From the NCBI GenBank assembly GCA_043732185.1, contig JAYTHY010000105.1:1-23753 (forward strand): 23,753 nucleotides of DNA, read 5' to 3'. The translations under genes were made by a program, and so were the position numbers. Shown piece after piece: positions 16,426 to 23,753 of the stretch; within the stretch, counting starts at the first letter, position 1, and each line of letters begins with the position of its first letter. Below the pieces are notes generated by a model, which saw only the letters and a program-made list of their open reading frames with translations, was not told the DNA's origin and made no database searches. Source of the stretch: Fibrobacteria bacterium (GTDB taxonomy: Bacteria; Fibrobacterota; Fibrobacteria; UBA11236).

Positions 16426-17343
16426 ATGATGCCCAATGAACGCATTCAATTTGGAATCGGATATATATGCTTTGGAGCATTGGCCACTTGGACGGCCGGG
16501 GCCTTGGGGTTAGGATCTTTCGAAACCGTGCTGCCTGCGTTGATGTATCTCGGATGGGGGGCATTAGGCTTGTTCATTTTTGCGCGTTGGCGCATGCCCA
16601 CCTCCTCCAGCTCCCCCTTCAAAAAGGACCTGCCGGTTCCCACCGACCGCGACCAGAGCCGGACTCAAGCGGCGCTCTTAGAACACGAAATAAAAAATTA
16701 CCTCTATAGCCTCAAAGGAAACGCCAAGCTCTTACGCCAACGGGAAGCAAACGGTGCGAACGGTCATATTTTGGATAGGATTGATCGGGTAGTGGAAAAA
16801 TTGGAAGTGTTGACACAGACGGTACCGATGGCCATGGTCCAAGGTAACACGCCCATGACCGTGATTCGCAAGGCTGTGAAACCGGGAGAAATCGCCCGGC
16901 ATTGTGCGCATGCCTATTTCAACTCCTATTCGGATATGTTTTCTTGGGACATGTGGGAAGAGGATGCCCAGTTACTTGGGGACCCGGATAGGTTTGAGCA
17001 AGTGTACCTGAACTTGTACATCAACGCCATTGAGGCAGGTGCAGAAAAAGTGACCACGCGAGTTCGCGGCATCGGAAATTTAATTACGGTTACAATTGAA
17101 GACGATGGCCGGGGCCTGGCACCGCAACATCTGGAGAGGATCTTCGAGCCGTTTTTCACCACCAAGGCTGGCCCAACTCAGCGAGGATTGGGCATGTTTA
17201 TCGTTCAATCCATAATCGAGAGCCACGGTGGAAAAATCCGGGTTCAAAGCAAAAACGGTCTATCCTCCAACGTTCACGGCTTGATTTTTACTTTGGAAAT
17301 ACCCAAAACACTTTCTGCCAACCGTCATTGCGCTGCCGCCTGA
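16426..17343 (+). CDS. Membrane-anchored sensor histidine kinase (orphan)
   Basis: Two N-terminal hydrophobic segments, H-box EHEIKNYL, N box QVYLNLYINA, G1 DDGRG, F box IFEPFFTTK, G2 GLGM. ATG 16426 is preferred to TTG 16390. Confidence 0.88.
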   Translation: MMPNERIQFGIGYICFGALATWTAGALGLGSFETVLPALMYLGWGALGLFIFARWRMPTSSSSPFKKDLPVPTDRDQSRTQAALLEHEIKNYLYSLKGNAKLLRQREANGANGHILDRIDRVVEKLEVLTQTVPMAMVQGNTPMTVIRKAVKPGEIARHCAHAYFNSYSDMFSWDMWEEDAQLLGDPDRFEQVYLNLYINAIEAGAEKVTTRVRGIGNLITVTIEDDGRGLAPQHLERIFEPFFTTKAGPTQRGLGMFIVQSIIESHGGKIRVQSKNGLSSNVHGLIFTLEIPKTLSANRHCAAA

Positions 17344-17362
17344 GAAAGGTTATAATGGCTTT

Positions 17363-17584
17363 ATGTCGATTATTCTTGGTCTCCTGATTCTTTGCCTGGG
17401 CATTTATTTTCTTGGACTTTTTTTCCAGGTGGCTCGACTTGAAAAAAGCTTGACCGATGGGGTGACCTTGCTGGAAAAATACATGATTGTCAAATACTCC
17501 CTTGGAGATGATAAGAAGACAAAGTCGAGTGTTGTCGTCATAGAAAAAGGCATGGCGGCAGTTAAAATAGAACCAACCCCTTAA
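17363..17584 (+). CDS. Small single-pass membrane protein
   Basis: 73-aa ORF with a hydrophobic N-terminal helix, AAAGG upstream, 19 bp after the kinase stop. Confidence 0.6.
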   Translation: MSIILGLLILCLGIYFLGLFFQVARLEKSLTDGVTLLEKYMIVKYSLGDDKKTKSSVVVIEKGMAAVKIEPTP

Positions 17585-17677
17585 AGAGCTGCACCCTTTC
17601 CTTCCTTCCTTCTTCTCCTAGAAATCAGGCCCGACCTAATTGTTTGCTATTTTTCCTTTTTGGAGGAATCGCTGACT

Positions 17678-18937
17678 ATGAAGAACCTGGTAACCCACAT
17701 TGGAAGCTTGTCTGTAGAGCAATTGGCTAAAAGCTTTGGCACACCCGCCTTTATTTATGAGCGCGCGGTTATTGAAAATCGCATTTCCGAGCTCAAGAGC
17801 TTCGACGTGGTTCGCTTTGCGCAAAAGGCCTGTTCCAATCTTGCCATCCTCGCATTAATGCGCAAAAACGGAGTGCAGGTCGACGCCGTATCAGCGGGGG
17901 AAATTCATCGGGCATTGAAGGTGGGGTATACCGGCACCGGACATCCTCCAGGCGTGGTATTTACGGCTGATTTGTTTGATGAGGATTCCATCCAATTGAT
18001 TCGCGAACATCATATCCCCGTTAACGTAGGCTCACCGGATATGCTGACCCAGTTAGGCGCCTTTTATCCCGGCTGTGAAGTCACCTTGCGCATCAACCCA
18101 GGATTTGGTCATGGCCATTCGCGGAAGGTCAATACCGGAGGCAGCTATTCCAAGCACGGCATTTGGCATTCCGAATTAGAAGAATGCCTGCGTTTGGGCA
18201 AAGCCGCCGGGGTCAATATCCAGGGACTGCATATGCATATCGGTTCAGGCAGCGACTTTCAGCATCTTTCCACGGTGTGCGATGCCATGGTTAGCGCCGC
18301 CAAACGCATGGGTCCGCAGCTCAAGGTCATCAGCGCGGGAGGCGGTTTACCCATTCCCTATCACAAGGACCAAGCCCGCATTGACATTGGCGCTTATTTT
18401 TCGCTTTGGGATAAGGCCAGAAAAACCATCGAAGTTGAAGTGGGTCATCCCATCTCCCTGGAAGTGGAACCTGGGCGTTACCTGGTAGCGGAATCTTGTT
18501 CCCTCTTGACGCAAATTCGGAGTGTCAAAACCTCGGGCGGCAATCGCTTTTATTTGGTGGACGCGGGATTCGATACTTTGATTCGGCCTGCCATGTACGG
18601 CGCCTATCATGAGATTTCCATTGCCCCGGCCAATGGCCGCAAGGTAAGCGAGGCTTACGACACCATAGTGGCCGGCCCGTTATGTGAATCTGGAGACGTC
18701 TTTACCCAGGAAGAAGGTGGCGTGGTCACTACCAGAACCCTACCCGATGCAGTGGTGGGCGATTATTTGATCCTGCACGATGCGGGCGCGTATGGTGCCG
18801 CCATGAGCTCCAACTATAACACCAGAAAATTGGCGCCGGAAATATTGATTCACCATGGCGCGGGTGAGATTATTCGGGAGCGACAAACATTTGAGGCGAT
18901 ACTTCAGTTCGAACGCATTCCCAAGGACCTGGCCTAA
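17678..18937 (+). CDS. lysA: Diaminopimelate decarboxylase
   Basis: FGTP, RFAQKACSN (PLP Lys), RINPGFGHGH, HMHIGSG, GGGL, EPGRY, GPLCESGD, GAYG..MSSNYN. GGAGG RBS before ATG 17678. Confidence 0.97.
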   Translation: MKNLVTHIGSLSVEQLAKSFGTPAFIYERAVIENRISELKSFDVVRFAQKACSNLAILALMRKNGVQVDAVSAGEIHRALKVGYTGTGHPPGVVFTADLFDEDSIQLIREHHIPVNVGSPDMLTQLGAFYPGCEVTLRINPGFGHGHSRKVNTGGSYSKHGIWHSELEECLRLGKAAGVNIQGLHMHIGSGSDFQHLSTVCDAMVSAAKRMGPQLKVISAGGGLPIPYHKDQARIDIGAYFSLWDKARKTIEVEVGHPISLEVEPGRYLVAESCSLLTQIRSVKTSGGNRFYLVDAGFDTLIRPAMYGAYHEISIAPANGRKVSEAYDTIVAGPLCESGDVFTQEEGGVVTTRTLPDAVVGDYLILHDAGAYGAAMSSNYNTRKLAPEILIHHGAGEIIRERQTFEAILQFERIPKDLA

Positions 18938-18984
18938 GCATTAGTAAGCTTTGGTAAGCATTGGTATGTAGTGGTAAGCATTGA
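18935..18984. repeat. Degenerate tandem array, 5 x 10 bp (TAAGCATTGG), starting at the lysA stop codon
   Basis: taagcattag taagctttgg taagcattgg tatgtagtgg taagcattga. Confidence 0.85.
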
Positions 18985-18994
18985 CTGCAATGCT
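18977..18994. terminator. Hairpin between convergent genes (AGCATTG-actg-CAATGCT)
   Basis: 7-bp stem with no U-tract, so terminator function is uncertain. Confidence 0.3.
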
Positions 18995-19010
18995 CGATGG
19001 AGAAACACCG

Positions 19011-20678
19011 TTACAGATTTGCCTCCAGTCCTAGCTGATAACGGAGATCTTTTTTCCAGCCTTCGTTTTGGGACCAGGGCAAACGAAGCGTCTGCTTTAG
19101 AATCAATCCACTTCCCATATCCCATTCCTGGCTATAACTAAGTCTTAAGTAGCTGGCCGGGTCTTGGATATTGCCGATAAAAACTTCTGCTTTGATTTTT
19201 CGAATGGGCCATTGTGCATTGAGCCGTTCAAAGGACAATGAAAGCGGTTCCGGATACGGCCCTTGATAAGTGGTTTTCTGTTGAATAAAAGTCATCCGGG
19301 CCTTCATTCTAGAATCATGCCACTGCAATATATGCCCAATGCCGCCTAGGGCTTCTTCTCCAGTGGGGGACAATTCAATCAAGCGACTACGCTTAAAAGT
19401 GCTCCCGGTTCCGCAGGTATAACTCCAGTTGCCTAAAGCTTGAATCAAGGCCAGTCTGGATTGGGCGGCTAACAGGCCCGTGGTGCCCAGCAGCCAAATG
19501 ACATCGCTGCCTGCCTTGAGATCCATTTGGTATTCGCCATGGTTGAAAATGGGAATTTGGGACCGGGCATGCAGTCGGCCTTCACCCCGTCCAGGCAGAA
19601 TCCATTGCCCATCAAGGGTATCTTGCCGGTAACCCCGAGGAGACTGCAAGGGATTGGACCAACTCGGACTGGCTTGGCTTATTTCCAACTGGGAATTTCC
19701 CCGCTGTCCGATGACGCCTTCCCCGTAAAGGCCTGGTCTTAATTCACGTGAACCGCTTATTGGGTCTTTCACTTTCCACAGCGATCCGGCTAGGCCTATT
19801 CTCCACCTATCATGGGAATCGCGCAGGGACCCGCCGCATATTGACACCGACACCGGAGACGCCGTGGAGGACTCAAATCGTTGGTGCGCCAACTGGAGCT
19901 TCAGGTTTTTTCGGGCCAAACCGAAAAGGTAGAGCAAGGCGTCTTTTCTATCAGGCTCATGAGCTGTCGAAGTTATTTGGTTTTTATTTTGAATACTATT
20001 CCAAGTCCCGGCTGCTTGAACCTCCCAATGGGCGACTCGATAGGCAAGGCTTAAGCCATCCAAAGCTGATTTTGGGGAGGCGAGCGGGCCGGAAAAACCC
20101 GATTGACCGGTCCATCCCGTATAGAATCGGCTGCCGACTACAAAGTCCAATTGTGTAGGTAATAATGCACCATGCACGTGCCCGGCGTTTACTGAAAACG
20201 CACCTCTTTGAACTTCCATGCGCCGGTCATAAAGGGTAAGGTCGCGTAAGGAAAGGGCCATTCCACCAAATGGGGTACGGGTTTCTCCGCGTAGGTTAGG
20301 ATAGGGGGTATTTGTTGTGCGCGGTTGCACGGATTGTAGCGCTGAACCATGAGTTCGCAGGGTAGGAGAGCGTGAAACAGGCTGATTGAGATCCGGGCAT
20401 ACTTCAAGAATGTCTCGCCACACGGCATCGGTTAGGTTTGGTTTAGCAGAAGCCCAAGTGTCGCAGGCATCCTCTTCTTCCAAATCGTATAGGAACGCCT
20501 GATACTCGGATTCACTGACCAATCCCGCTGCCATTCCTGTTTGTAACGCCTCAAGCACCGATTCGGCCTCGGGAGAATAGGCGCGGACAGGCGACGCGAT
20601 GAAATGGACTGATAAGGTCATAAAAGCGGCAAAAGCGGCGGCAATCGGGCTTTTTTGAGAAATGTGGGATGTGTTCAA
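19011..20678 (-). CDS. Exported hypothetical protein, probable outer-membrane beta-barrel with an acidic helical N-terminal domain
   Basis: Signal-like segment ending SPVRA, then an acidic helical region, many amphipathic beta-strands (LDGLSLAYRV, WEVQAAGTW, YLRLSYSQEW) and terminal strand YQLGLEANL. Start is uncertain (TTG 20678 or ATG 20620). Confidence 0.7.
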   Translation of the reverse strand: MNTSHISQKSPIAAAFAAFMTLSVHFIASPVRAYSPEAESVLEALQTGMAAGLVSESEYQAFLYDLEEEDACDTWASAKPNLTDAVWRDILEVCPDLNQPVSRSPTLRTHGSALQSVQPRTTNTPYPNLRGETRTPFGGMALSLRDLTLYDRRMEVQRGAFSVNAGHVHGALLPTQLDFVVGSRFYTGWTGQSGFSGPLASPKSALDGLSLAYRVAHWEVQAAGTWNSIQNKNQITSTAHEPDRKDALLYLFGLARKNLKLQLAHQRFESSTASPVSVSICGGSLRDSHDRWRIGLAGSLWKVKDPISGSRELRPGLYGEGVIGQRGNSQLEISQASPSWSNPLQSPRGYRQDTLDGQWILPGRGEGRLHARSQIPIFNHGEYQMDLKAGSDVIWLLGTTGLLAAQSRLALIQALGNWSYTCGTGSTFKRSRLIELSPTGEEALGGIGHILQWHDSRMKARMTFIQQKTTYQGPYPEPLSLSFERLNAQWPIRKIKAEVFIGNIQDPASYLRLSYSQEWDMGSGLILKQTLRLPWSQNEGWKKDLRYQLGLEANL

Positions 20679-20741
20679 AAGTTGCCTTTTTAGGGATCCA
20701 GCCTCTAAAATGGGAATGGTAAAACCGGTTATTGGAATAAA

Positions 20742-21995
20742 ATGGTATCACCGTCACAAGTCTCTAAAATTTTCCACAGCCTTCGGTTTCAATTGCCCGC
20801 CGTCGTGCTTGTGGTTTTTATGAGCATTCTGTTTTTACTGATGCTGTTCTTTCATGAAATGACCATCATTTTGGTCAAAACACGCCAAGTGGCTCATTCT
20901 GCAGACGTCAATGATTATGTGGCCGGCTGGCTCAACACGCTTTCTTCCAGCGCACGTGAACGCATCAAGCTCGAATCGCTAGGCGACTACAGTTATCTTC
21001 GCACCTTTCAAAGCAACTTGAAGGAGATCAATACTGTTTATGCCATGATAACCAGTGATGGCGCCGACACGACTTTACCTTACATGCAAAGCTTGCGTGT
21101 GCTACATGAAAAGCACCTGGACTATATCCGACAAGTGGACCTGTTTGCAGTGAAGGAAACAAACCGCATGAGGGCCCTGCGCAAAAGTTTGGCTACAGCG
21201 CCTATGCCGGGGAAAAAGCCAAAAGCTCCCCATAAAGTGGTTCCTGTCAATAAAAAGCTCAGCTGGTTCGCCTTGAAAACAGCCCATTTAAACGACAATG
21301 CGCCAGTGGTTAGGCCAAAGGATATTGAACTGGACAAGGCCACGAATGATGCCTTCATGGCTTATGAACAAAGCGCACGGGAAGGTCTCTTTCAAACGCA
21401 GGAAATAATGCGCGAAGAGCGTCGAGACAAGTTGATGAGCTTGCGAAATTCCGTGGGACGTTCAAAGGGCCGACTCTTCTATTCTTTGTTTTTGCTACTG
21501 GGAATGGTAGGGTATTTGGCCATCATCTTGAAGTGGAAAATTCTGGACCCTATGAAATCCCTGCGCATGGGCGTAGTCGAGATAGGCAAAGGCGCGTTGG
21601 GCCATCAGATAAAAGTTGGTACGCGCAATGAAATTGGCGAGCTGGCTGTGGTTTTCAACCAGATGTCCACCCAACTCGATAAAAAACGGAATGCGGAAAC
21701 GCGCTTAAGACGTTTGGAGGCTATTGAACAAATCGTCCGAAGCGTAAACCATGAAATCAATAATCCCCTCATGATCATCAGCGGAAATGCGGAATATTTA
21801 CTTGCGATTCTCGAGACATCGGATGAAAGCACCAAAACAAAACTTCAATCCATTGTGTCTGAAGTGCGGCGTATTTTTCTGGTAACGCAGCGGCTCAAGG
21901 AAATCAAAGAACCAATGGTCGAGAATTATATCGGAACCAGTGACCAAATGATTGATTTGGCTCGATCGAGTCAAATCTTGAAACGGGATCCCTGA
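20742..21995 (+). CDS. TM-sensor-TM-HAMP-HisKA protein lacking the HATPase domain
   Basis: HAMP (ILDPMKSL..GV.EIGKG.L...I.V...NEIGELA..FNQM) and H-box VNHEINNPL. The protein ends about 80 aa after the His with EPMVENYIG...MIDL and has no N/G1/F/G2 boxes. Confidence 0.88.
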   Translation: MVSPSQVSKIFHSLRFQLPAVVLVVFMSILFLLMLFFHEMTIILVKTRQVAHSADVNDYVAGWLNTLSSSARERIKLESLGDYSYLRTFQSNLKEINTVYAMITSDGADTTLPYMQSLRVLHEKHLDYIRQVDLFAVKETNRMRALRKSLATAPMPGKKPKAPHKVVPVNKKLSWFALKTAHLNDNAPVVRPKDIELDKATNDAFMAYEQSAREGLFQTQEIMREERRDKLMSLRNSVGRSKGRLFYSLFLLLGMVGYLAIILKWKILDPMKSLRMGVVEIGKGALGHQIKVGTRNEIGELAVVFNQMSTQLDKKRNAETRLRRLEAIEQIVRSVNHEINNPLMIISGNAEYLLAILETSDESTKTKLQSIVSEVRRIFLVTQRLKEIKEPMVENYIGTSDQMIDLARSSQILKRDP

Positions 21996-22528
21996 TGCGA
22001 ATCCTTTACTGGATGCTCCCTACCTGTGTGCTATTCTGGGCATGTGCCACTAAGCCAATGCCTAGTGTTGAGCCGGAGCTGGTTTCGCAAGATAGAGTTT
22101 TGGCACGGTTCATCGCGATGAAAAAATATTCGGAAGCGAAAGCAATGGCCGACAGTCTGTTGGCTTCCAAGGATCAGGCGGTTGGCGAAATTGCCATTTA
22201 TTGGAAGTCCATTGCCTGGTTGTACCTGGACAGGCCGGATTCTGCCATTGTCTTGCTTGAACAATACCGTGGAAAGTGGACCGGGGGTATACGCCGGGTG
22301 CATTCCGAAGCGTTTCTATGGTTGGCTAAGGAAGCCAGCGAGGCCCGATTGGCAGCTAGGCAAAGCCAGCAAGAGTTTCAAAGCAAATCCTCCTTGACAC
22401 AGCCGTTACTCGAAAGAGTTGAGGTGCTCCACAAGGAGACCGTTGCTTTGCGCGCCGAAATCGAGCGATTGGAAACCGAGCGCTCAAAATATCAGAAGCT
22501 GCTCAAGGATTTAGAGAAAGTTCGCTAG
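21995..22528 (+). CDS. Lipoprotein with TPR-like helices and a C-terminal coiled coil (QseG/YfhG-like architecture)
   Basis: Lipobox FWAC, TPR-like segment KYSEA...A.YW...A, heptads LLERVEVLHKETVALRAEIERLE..LLKDLE. TGATG coupling to the upstream sensor gene. Confidence 0.78.
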   Translation: MRILYWMLPTCVLFWACATKPMPSVEPELVSQDRVLARFIAMKKYSEAKAMADSLLASKDQAVGEIAIYWKSIAWLYLDRPDSAIVLLEQYRGKWTGGIRRVHSEAFLWLAKEASEARLAARQSQQEFQSKSSLTQPLLERVEVLHKETVALRAEIERLETERSKYQKLLKDLEKVR

Positions 22529-22548
22529 GGAATAAGTACCTTTGCCTT

Positions 22549-23679
22549 GTGGACGATATCCGCAAAACACTATTCCAATCGCTACACAAGTTGGTCGTCA
22601 AAGTAGGCACCAAAATACTTGTCGGTGCCGATAATTCCCTCGCGTTTGAGCATCTCGATCATCTCGCCGGTCAGTTGTCCCTTTTGCATGACCGTGGTTA
22701 TGCCGTAGTGTTGGTAACCTCCGGAGCGGTAGGGGTGGGCATGGGGATTCTCGGCTACAAACAACGCCCCAAGGAATTGCCGGAAAAACAAGCCTGCGCC
22801 GCCATCGGGCAGATCCGCCTGATGCACATGTACTCGGAAGCCTTTGCCAAACGGGGCAAAACGGTGGCGCAGATTCTGCTTTCCGCCGAGGATTTTCGCG
22901 ATCGCACCCGGTACAACAACATCCGTAAAACCGTCGGGACCCTGCTCAGCAAGGGTGTCATCCCCATTGTCAACGAGAACGATACCATCACAACTGAGGA
23001 AATCAAGGTCGGTGACAACGACAAGCTCAGCGCCGATGTGGCCCATTTTCTAGAAGCCGATTTGCTCATTATTCTTTCCGATGAAGACGGCCTGTTTACT
23101 AAAAACCCCAAGGCGCATCCCGATGCGGAGTCCATTTCTGTGGTCCCGCGTATCACACCCGAAATCCTCCGCTTAGCTTCGGAGAAGCCCGGATCCCTGG
23201 TCAGTGTGGGTGGCATGAAAGCCAAGCTCCTGGCCATCCGCCAAGCCACGGAAGCCGGAACGCCGGCGGTTTTGACGCGCGGGCATGGGGCCAAACTTTT
23301 AGAACTAGTACAAGGGGCCAGGCGCGGGACCTTGTTTTTGCCGAATCCGGATAAGATTGGCCGAAACAAGCGTTGGTTGGCCTTTGTTTCCAAGGCACGG
23401 GGCCAGATTTTTCTGGATGAAGGCGGCGTCAAAGCCATGCGCACGGGCAAATCCAGCCTGCTGCCGGCGGGTATCAAAGACCAGAAGGGCACTTTTAAAC
23501 CCGGAGACTTTGTCGAGATTTGCAACCTGTCAGGTGATGTGATCGGGCGTGGGCGAACCGCTTACTCCGCAGCGGAAGTGCAGCTTATCCGGGGACAGAA
23601 AAGCCATCGCATACCGGAAATCCTGAACCGCACCGGGCCGGATGAAGTGATCCACCGGGACCAGCTCGTCATCTTCTAG
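22549..23679 (+). CDS. proB: Glutamate 5-kinase with C-terminal PUA domain
   Basis: VVKVGT, VTSGAV..G, KQACAAIGQ, IPIVNEND, GDNDKLSA, GGMKAK, and PUA segment SLLPAGI..GTF..GD.V..EVIHRD. Confidence 0.97.
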   Translation: MDDIRKTLFQSLHKLVVKVGTKILVGADNSLAFEHLDHLAGQLSLLHDRGYAVVLVTSGAVGVGMGILGYKQRPKELPEKQACAAIGQIRLMHMYSEAFAKRGKTVAQILLSAEDFRDRTRYNNIRKTVGTLLSKGVIPIVNENDTITTEEIKVGDNDKLSADVAHFLEADLLIILSDEDGLFTKNPKAHPDAESISVVPRITPEILRLASEKPGSLVSVGGMKAKLLAIRQATEAGTPAVLTRGHGAKLLELVQGARRGTLFLPNPDKIGRNKRWLAFVSKARGQIFLDEGGVKAMRTGKSSLLPAGIKDQKGTFKPGDFVEICNLSGDVIGRGRTAYSAAEVQLIRGQKSHRIPEILNRTGPDEVIHRDQLVIF

Positions 23680-23727
23680 CTTCGTTTTCAAGTTGGAATA
23701 AATTTCCAGGATGCTATTTTGTAGGCT

Positions 23728-23753
23728 ATGGAAACTACTCTGGCCCAAAGAAC
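23728..23753 (+). CDS. 5' end of the next gene (METTLAQR...), possibly proA by synteny only
   Basis: ATG 48 bp after proB, open to the window edge; too short to identify. Confidence 0.35.

Noticed and set aside
17585..17677. Lysine riboswitch upstream of lysA; (TTCC)n tract
   Set aside because: The intergenic space (~90 bp) is too short and lacks L-box motifs. The pyrimidine tract is only about three units.
22755..23525. 256-aa antisense ORF (also 22582-23046)
   Set aside because: It lies wholly opposite the well-conserved proB, has no recognisable motifs, and is a typical codon-bias shadow ORF.

Overview
Bacterial chromosomal window, probably Fibrobacterota-like. That assignment is inferred from a TIGR02147-family gene coupled to a 'GTSTEAGN' lipoprotein and from basic C-terminal tails on secreted proteins. 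The first ~1.6 kb is a decayed accessory patch: a probable IS3-family right end cutting a beta-helix glycoside-hydrolase-like gene, an IS5 transposase N-terminal remnant, an intact DUF1330-like gene and an MT-A70 methyltransferase remnant. Next comes a minus-strand TIGR02147 / lipoprotein / secreted beta-helix enzyme operon, divergent from a nuoJKLMN (complex I membrane arm only) operon. The middle holds an apparently catalytically dead RAYT/Y1-transposase homolog, a 6x11-bp tandem array built on a stop codon, a 529-aa hypothetical protein and an intergenic DnaA-box cluster. The remainder contains a nitroreductase plus an LplT-like MFS-acyltransferase fusion, an orphan histidine kinase, lysA followed by a second stop-codon tandem array, a probable outer-membrane protein, a HAMP-HisKA sensor lacking its ATPase domain and coupled to a QseG-like lipoprotein, and proB. 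All family calls are from motif recognition by eye; no searches were run.
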